Origin: an uncultured Bacteroidota bacterium
GTDB taxonomy: Bacteria > Bacteroidota > Ignavibacteria > UBA10030 > UBA8401
Reading direction: 5' to 3'
Assembly (NCBI GenBank): GCA_963772165.1
Contig: CAVYWA010000011.1
Span: 101,909-165,908 of the forward strand
DNA: 64,000 nt
Shown piece after piece: positions 59,291-64,000 of the stretch. Each line of letters begins with the position of its first letter. Positions within the stretch are counted from its first letter, which is position 1. The notes under the pieces are model-generated. The model was not told where the DNA came from. It saw only the letters and a program-made list of their open reading frames with translations, and did no database searches. A program made the translations under genes and the position numbers.

Positions 59291-60649
59291 ATGTCCAAAG
59301 TCATGACAAAATATGTTTGTCAGTCGTGCGGCTACATGTCTCCGCGCTGGACGGGGAAATGCCCGAACTGCAATGAATGGAATACGTTCGTCGAGGAAGC
59401 TCCGACGCCTGCAAAGATTGCACGCAAATCGGGAGGTGTTGCGTCGAAAATCGAGCCTGTCGCATTGAACAGCGTCAACGGTTTTGAGGATGTCCGTTTT
59501 AAAACCGGCATCGTTGAGTTTGACCGGGTTCTAGGAGGAGGACTGGTTTCCGGTTCCGTCGTCCTGCTCGGCGGCGACCCCGGCATCGGCAAGTCGACAT
59601 TGATGATGCAGGTTGCACTCAAGCTTCGCGATAAAGTTATTCTGTATGTCACAGGGGAAGAATCGTTGAAGCAGATAAAACTGCGGGCGGAACGGCTGGG
59701 AACCGAATCGAATTCCGTTCTCCTTCTTCCCGAAACAAATTTGGAATTGATCGCCGACGTTATCGAACGGGGCAATCCGGATATTATTATCGTCGATTCG
59801 ATCCAAACAATGTTTCGCCCGGACCTGGAAAGTGCACCCGGAAGCGTCGGACAGGTGCGAGAGGCGACTGCGTTGCTCACCCGCATTGCGAAGTCGAAAA
59901 GCATCCCGCTGGTTCTGATCGGCCACGTGACAAAGGAAGGGCTGCTTGCAGGGCCGCGCGTCATAGAGCACATGGTTGATACCGTGCTGCAATTTGAAGG
60001 CGAACGGCATTATTCGTACCGCATACTTCGTGCAACAAAAAACAGGTTTGGTTCGACTAACGAGATCGGGATCTTCGAAATGCACGATGACGGGATGCAC
60101 GAAGTAAAAAATCCTTCCGAAGTGTTCCTTTCAGAACGGACGTACGGCGCATCCGGTGCAACGATCGTCGCGACGCTGGAAGGAACCAGGCCGATATTGA
60201 TAGAAGTGCAAGCATTAGTCAGTTCGACAAGCTACGGCCTTCCGCAGCGGACGGCGACCGGTTTCGACCTCCGCCGCCTGCAAATGCTGCTGGCCGTCCT
60301 TGAAAAAAGAGTCGGCCTCAATCTCGGTACGCACGATATTTTCGTCAACGTTGCAGGGGGAATTCGAATTGATGAGCCCGCCGCCGACCTTGGCATCGCA
60401 TCCTCTATCGTTTCTTCGCTCCGCGATGTTCCTGTGGACTCACAAGCGGTTGCTATCGGTGAAATCGGGCTGGGAGGAGAAATCAGGACGATCGCTCACA
60501 GCGAGAAGCGTGTGCAGGAAGCGGCGAAACTCGGGTTCAAGAAAATTGTCGTTCCCAAAAACAACCTCAAAAATCTGAAGAACGCGAACGGAATTTCCAT
60601 CGTCGGTGTGGAAACGATAACCCAAGCGATAAAGGAACTAATAAATTAG
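59291..60649 (+). CDS. radA: DNA repair protein RadA/Sms
   Basis: Zn finger CQSCGYMSPRWTGKCPNCNEW. Walker A GGDPGIGKST. KNRFG motif. Lon-protease-like C domain. Confidence 0.95.
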   Translation: MSKVMTKYVCQSCGYMSPRWTGKCPNCNEWNTFVEEAPTPAKIARKSGGVASKIEPVALNSVNGFEDVRFKTGIVEFDRVLGGGLVSGSVVLLGGDPGIGKSTLMMQVALKLRDKVILYVTGEESLKQIKLRAERLGTESNSVLLLPETNLELIADVIERGNPDIIIVDSIQTMFRPDLESAPGSVGQVREATALLTRIAKSKSIPLVLIGHVTKEGLLAGPRVIEHMVDTVLQFEGERHYSYRILRATKNRFGSTNEIGIFEMHDDGMHEVKNPSEVFLSERTYGASGATIVATLEGTRPILIEVQALVSSTSYGLPQRTATGFDLRRLQMLLAVLEKRVGLNLGTHDIFVNVAGGIRIDEPAADLGIASSIVSSLRDVPVDSQAVAIGEIGLGGEIRTIAHSEKRVQEAAKLGFKKIVVPKNNLKNLKNANGISIVGVETITQAIKELIN

Positions 60650-60752
60650 GAATTTTGAATTAGGCATTATGAATGATTTTTTTCACCTCAATTCCATAAT
60701 CTTTAATTCCTAATTCCTAATTCCTAATTCAAAATTCATAATTCTCATCGTT
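60645..60752. repeat. AT-rich palindromic element with (TAATTCC)4 heptad tract
   Basis: aattaggaattttgaattaggcattatgaat ... ttaattcctaattcctaattcctaattcaaaattcataattc. Same family as 21997-22098 and 61925-61990. Confidence 0.55.
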
Positions 60753-61223
60753 ATGGCGAGCAAAGCTTTTATGCAGGAAGCGATCGCGCTTTCGAGGAAA
60801 AACATCCGCGAAGGCAAGGGAGGTCCGTTTGCAGCGGTGGTGGTAAAAAAAGAGAACGTTATCGCGCGTGGGACTAACCTTGTGACCTCGACTAACGACC
60901 CGACGGCACATGCTGAAGTTGTTGCAATCCGGGAAGCATGCCGCACTCTCGGAACATTTCAATTGACCGGTTGCGACCTGTACACATCGTGCGAGCCGTG
61001 TCCGATGTGTCTCGGCGCAATCTATTGGGCGCGTCCCGACCGGGTATTCTACGCCAACACCCACATCGATGCTGCGGGGATTGGGTTTGACGATTTTTTT
61101 ATTTATAAGGAAATTGCCCTTCCGATTTCCGGCCGAAAAATTCCGATGATTCAGATGATGCGGGATGAAGCGTTCATCGCTTTTGAGGAATGGCAAAAGT
61201 CGCTGGATAAAATTCACTATTGA
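60753..61223 (+). CDS. CDA-fold nucleoside deaminase (GuaD/TadA-like)
   Basis: HAEVVAIREA...CEPCPMC zinc-binding motifs. 156 aa. Confidence 0.85.
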   Translation: MASKAFMQEAIALSRKNIREGKGGPFAAVVVKKENVIARGTNLVTSTNDPTAHAEVVAIREACRTLGTFQLTGCDLYTSCEPCPMCLGAIYWARPDRVFYANTHIDAAGIGFDDFFIYKEIALPISGRKIPMIQMMRDEAFIAFEEWQKSLDKIHY

Positions 61224-61319
61224 AATTAGAAGTTTAAAATTAAAAGTGGAAAGGTTTATGCATTGAGTGTACTTTTGATCTTTCACTTTACACTTTAACT
61301 TTGCACTAAAGAAACCAAA
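61224..61319. repeat. intergenic hairpin element (aaagtggaaagg ... cctttcacttt) related to the sequence at 61897-61960
   Basis: gaaattagaagtttaaaat...gatctttcactttacacttt here versus gaaactagaagttaaaat...gacctttcacttaaattt downstream of rdgB. Confidence 0.4.
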
Positions 61320-61916
61320 ATGCAAATTCTCATCGCCACACATAACCGACATAAAGTCGAGGAAATGTCGAGCCTGCTTGCCTCTCACCAATTTACAGTA
61401 AAAAGCTTGGTCGACTTTCCCGACCTTCCAAAAACAATTGAAGACCAGCCGACGCTCGAAGGAAATGCTCTGAAGAAAGCACGCGAAGCGTTTAAGGCCA
61501 CCGGCCTGCTTTCGCTTGCCGATGACACGGGATTAGAGTGTTATTACCTTGAATTGAAACCGGGCGTTGTTTCCGCCCGCTATTCCGGTGAGGACGCAAC
61601 GTATGCCGGTAACAACATAAAGCTTTTAAATGCCTTAAAGGGAGTTCCTCCCCGGCGCCGCAATGCGCGCTTTCGAACCGTTGTGGCAATCGTTGGAAAA
61701 AATATTCAGAAAGTTGTAGAAGGGAGGGTTGAGGGTGCCATCGCGGAATCACCGCGGGGGGATGGCGGATTTGGTTATGATCCGCTTTTCATCCCGAACG
61801 GCTTAAAGAAGACGTACGCAGAGATGACGATGGAAGAAAAAAACAAGATCAGCCACCGCGCAATGGCTGTCATGAATGCAATAGAGGTGCTGAAATCAAT
61901 GGAAACTAGAAGTTAA
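61320..61916 (+). CDS. rdgB: non-canonical purine NTP pyrophosphatase RdgB/HAM1
   Basis: ILIATHNRHK...ADDTGLE...GFGYDPLF motifs. Confidence 0.9.
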   Translation: MQILIATHNRHKVEEMSSLLASHQFTVKSLVDFPDLPKTIEDQPTLEGNALKKAREAFKATGLLSLADDTGLECYYLELKPGVVSARYSGEDATYAGNNIKLLNALKGVPPRRRNARFRTVVAIVGKNIQKVVEGRVEGAIAESPRGDGGFGYDPLFIPNGLKKTYAEMTMEEKNKISHRAMAVMNAIEVLKSMETRS

Positions 61917-61924
61917 AATCGCTG

Positions 61925-61990
61925 TTCATGACCCTCAGCTGAATTTTTTGACCTTTCACTTAAATTTTTAATTCCTAATTCCTAATTCTT
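61925..61990. repeat. third copy of the (TAATTCC)n AT-rich element
   Basis: tttttaattcctaattcctaattcttaatt between convergent genes. Confidence 0.5.
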
Positions 61991-62462
61991 AATTATCCCT
62001 CTTCTCCACCAACTTGTCCCGTTCCCGTTCTGTCCAATCCGTAAGAGAATCCCTGTCAGCAGCGGTTAGCCTCGCGTCGGCATGGATGTAAAGATATTTC
62101 TGAATCGGCATATCACCTTTCGATACCTCCTCATAGATTTGCCCCAGCTTCAGTACGCGTTTGCTCTTCGGGTATTTTTCCCATTCGGAAAAATTGAGAT
62201 GGCGGCGCCCTTTTACGACATCGTCGGCCACAAGCCAGGAAACAGGGGCAATGTAGCTGTACCACGGCCAGCGGGTTTCGTTCGAGTGGCAGTCAAAACA
62301 TGCTGTCGTGAGCAATCCGGAAACCGGCGGTGTGAACTCGGAGTGTGCTGCGATCGTCATCGATTGGTCGACGGGGGGATCTGACCGGTCGGGCTGGCCG
62401 AATTGGATGAGAATAAAAACTGCCGCCGCAATTGTCCCGATCCAGCGAAGTATCTTCTTCAA
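61989..62462 (-). CDS. haem-binding domain protein (Haem_bind family)
   Basis: N-terminal TM/signal segment, then CFDCHSNETRWPWYSYIAPVSWLVADDVVKGRRHLNFSEW. Confidence 0.75.
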   Translation of the reverse strand: MKKILRWIGTIAAAVFILIQFGQPDRSDPPVDQSMTIAAHSEFTPPVSGLLTTACFDCHSNETRWPWYSYIAPVSWLVADDVVKGRRHLNFSEWEKYPKSKRVLKLGQIYEEVSKGDMPIQKYLYIHADARLTAADRDSLTDWTERERDKLVEKRDN

Positions 62463-62494
62463 CGTTCTTTCTCCCTTCAGTTTCTCGTAAGGAT

Positions 62495-62917
62495 TTATTT
62501 TTGGAATATCTCAAACTGCCGTCTGAATTCTTCCGGAAAAGCCACCGGTCTGCCGCTGTCCATTCTCACGAAGACTCCAATCTGCTCCGACGCTGCCACA
62601 ACATTTCCATGAACAGTAAATTCCGCTGAAAGAGTCCCTTTAACATTTCCCATTTCGCTTGCCCACATCGTGCCGGTTACCGCATCGAACAATTTCACGG
62701 GTCTTTTGTATTCGATCGCCGTTCGCATCACTACCGGTGCAATTCCTCGTTCCATCAATGCATGAAGAGGAAGATATGTGTCGAGCACCTTCATTCGCAG
62801 GTCCTCGAGCCAGCGGATATAGACGATGTTGCTGACATGTCCTGCAAAATCTATATCATAGGTCTTGGGTTGAAACGACAATTCAACACGAAGAGGTTTT
62901 CGGTCATCGACGGTCAT
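62495..62917 (-). CDS. hotdog-fold acyl-CoA thioesterase (YbgC/4HBT-like)
   Basis: 140 aa. N-terminal catalytic region [19 protein letters not shown]. Confidence 0.75.
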   Translation of the reverse strand: MTVDDRKPLRVELSFQPKTYDIDFAGHVSNIVYIRWLEDLRMKVLDTYLPLHALMERGIAPVVMRTAIEYKRPVKLFDAVTGTMWASEMGNVKGTLSAEFTVHGNVVAASEQIGVFVRMDSGRPVAFPEEFRRQFEIFQK

Positions 62918-63452
62918 CGGCCAATTCCTTCAGAGAGTCGGAGTATATTTGGAAGTCATTGTGAGAGAAGCAAACGATGAAAATTCTTGTTGGAAAATTG
63001 GCAGTAGAAAGATACGACGCAACGGTTTTTAAAGCAATTCGCGACGCGCGTTCAATCGGAAATCCATAAACCCCGGTGCTGATTGAAGGAAAAGCAATTG
63101 TCTCTATGCGATGTTTTTCCGCAAGGACAAGACTGTTTGTGTAACACTTGGCGAGCAATTCGTCCTCTCGGCTGCTTCCGCCGCGCCAGACGGGGCCAAC
63201 GGTGTGAATGACCCATCGTGCCGGAAGATTATACCCTTTCGTGATTTTCGCTTCGCCTGTTTCGCATCCGTTCAACGTCCGGCATTCTTCGAGGAGCTTC
63301 GGTCCGGCTGCCCGATGAATTGCGCCGTCGACGCCGCCCCCGCCGAGAAGCGAAGTGTTTGCGGCGTTCACGATAGCATCGACCTTTTGTTCGGTGATGT
63401 CCCCTTCGATGATAGAAATTCGTGATTGCATGAAAATTAAGTTGTTGTTCAT
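62904..63452 (-). CDS. macro-domain protein (O-acetyl-ADP-ribose deacetylase, YmdB-like)
   Basis: [37 protein letters not shown]...[17 protein letters not shown]. The start is chosen at the internal ATG (MNNNLIFMQ); the ORF-track N-terminal extension lacks homology. Confidence 0.8.
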   Translation of the reverse strand: MNNNLIFMQSRISIIEGDITEQKVDAIVNAANTSLLGGGGVDGAIHRAAGPKLLEECRTLNGCETGEAKITKGYNLPARWVIHTVGPVWRGGSSREDELLAKCYTNSLVLAEKHRIETIAFPSISTGVYGFPIERASRIALKTVASYLSTANFPTRIFIVCFSHNDFQIYSDSLKELADDRR

Positions 63453-63567
63453 TTTATCTTGTTTCCAACGATCAGTTGGGAAGGTGGAAAAGAGGAGAGC
63501 AGCAGGGGCAGCTTGACGTTTCCGACCCCACCCTTTCCCTCTCCTGTGAGGGGAGGGAAAACAGCTC

Positions 63568-63897
63568 TTACCATTTTTTGAAAACGAAAAATGCTGCCGC
63601 GATGAGCAGGAGAAAACCGACAACGTAGTTCCATCGTAATTCTTCTTTAAGATACACAACGGAGAAGACGCTAAAGACCACAAGCGTAATAACTTCCTGG
63701 ATTGTTTTAAGCTGCGCGCCTGAAAATTCGTAGGAACCGATCCTGTTCGCAGGCACCTGGAAACAATACTCAAAGAAAGCGATCAGCCAGCTGACAAGAA
63801 CCACCTTCCATAACGAAACATCTCTGAATTTCAAATGCCCGTACCAGGCAAAGGTCATAAAAATATTGGAGATAGTCAGCAGTCCGACTGTTTTCAT
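63568..63897 (-). CDS. DMT-superfamily small membrane protein (DUF486-like)
   Basis: 109 aa, 4 TM. Begins [24 protein letters not shown]. Confidence 0.65.
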   Translation of the reverse strand: MKTVGLLTISNIFMTFAWYGHLKFRDVSLWKVVLVSWLIAFFEYCFQVPANRIGSYEFSGAQLKTIQEVITLVVFSVFSVVYLKEELRWNYVVGFLLLIAAAFFVFKKW

Positions 63898-64000
63898 TGC
63901 ACTCCTCGATTGTCATTGAATCTTTCCAAAGGTATCAAGGCCTTTGAATTGATAAGATAATTAGAGTAAAGAATGTTTCCAATACCACCGAAACTTTTTC

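Noticed and set aside
63453-63567. Imperfect inverted repeat (ggaaaagaggaga / tccctctcctgtgaggggagggaaa) as a terminator
   Set aside because: Stem is imperfect and has no T-run on the minus strand. Too weak to call.
1-64000. CRISPR arrays, rRNA, tRNA, integrases or transposases
   Set aside because: No regularly spaced direct repeats. No rRNA-like conserved blocks. No transposase-like ORFs detected.

Overview
This 64 kb window appears to be chromosomal DNA from an FCB-group bacterium (Ignavibacteria/Chlorobi/Bacteroidetes-like). Two features point there: type IX secretion (T9SS) C-terminal sorting domains, and an atpZ-atpI-atpBEFHAG operon with no atpD/atpC, alongside use of Shine-Dalgarno sites. 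It is mostly housekeeping core, reading left to right:

- partial ABC exporter, EamA transporter, a receiver-domain/MBL-hydrolase pair, ABC-F ATPase, rlmD
- a cell-envelope cluster: GT4, ArnT-like GT39, M23 peptidase, bactofilin
- F-type ATP synthase operon
- ffh-rpsP-KH-rimM-trmD-rplS ribosome/SRP cluster, an mqnA-like gene, recN, cysS
- LPS-heptose genes plus a giant TamB-like protein, RNase R
- a two-component system, a TatT-associated TRAP transporter, radA, a deaminase, rdgB, a macro-domain protein

The most unusual content is the following.

1. An outer-membrane locus of four genes: a beta-barrel OMP, a W/Y/G-rich RGG-tailed lipoprotein, a FadL/PorV-like OMP, and a nine-haem c-type cytochrome carrying a T9SS sorting tail. 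The cytochrome is a candidate surface or extracellular electron-transfer module.
2. A large HExxH / PD40-propeller / Omp85-barrel fusion protein that is broken by two +1 frameshifts.
3. Several further single-base frame disruptions in conserved genes: the ABC-F ATPase, rlmD, an OMP (inside a G6 tract), and a receiver-domain gene with no canonical start. These point either to pseudogenization or phase variation, or to indel errors in the assembly.
4. Two families of dispersed intergenic repeats: an inverted pair of a MITE/REP-like hairpin element, and AT-rich TAATTCC heptad palindromes at three loci.
5. A 66-bp tandem triplication that encodes three N-terminal membrane anchors in the TamB-like gene.
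6. One intact ORF6N (KilA-N-like) gene plus a 3' remnant of a second copy.

No rRNA, tRNA or CRISPR array was recognised.
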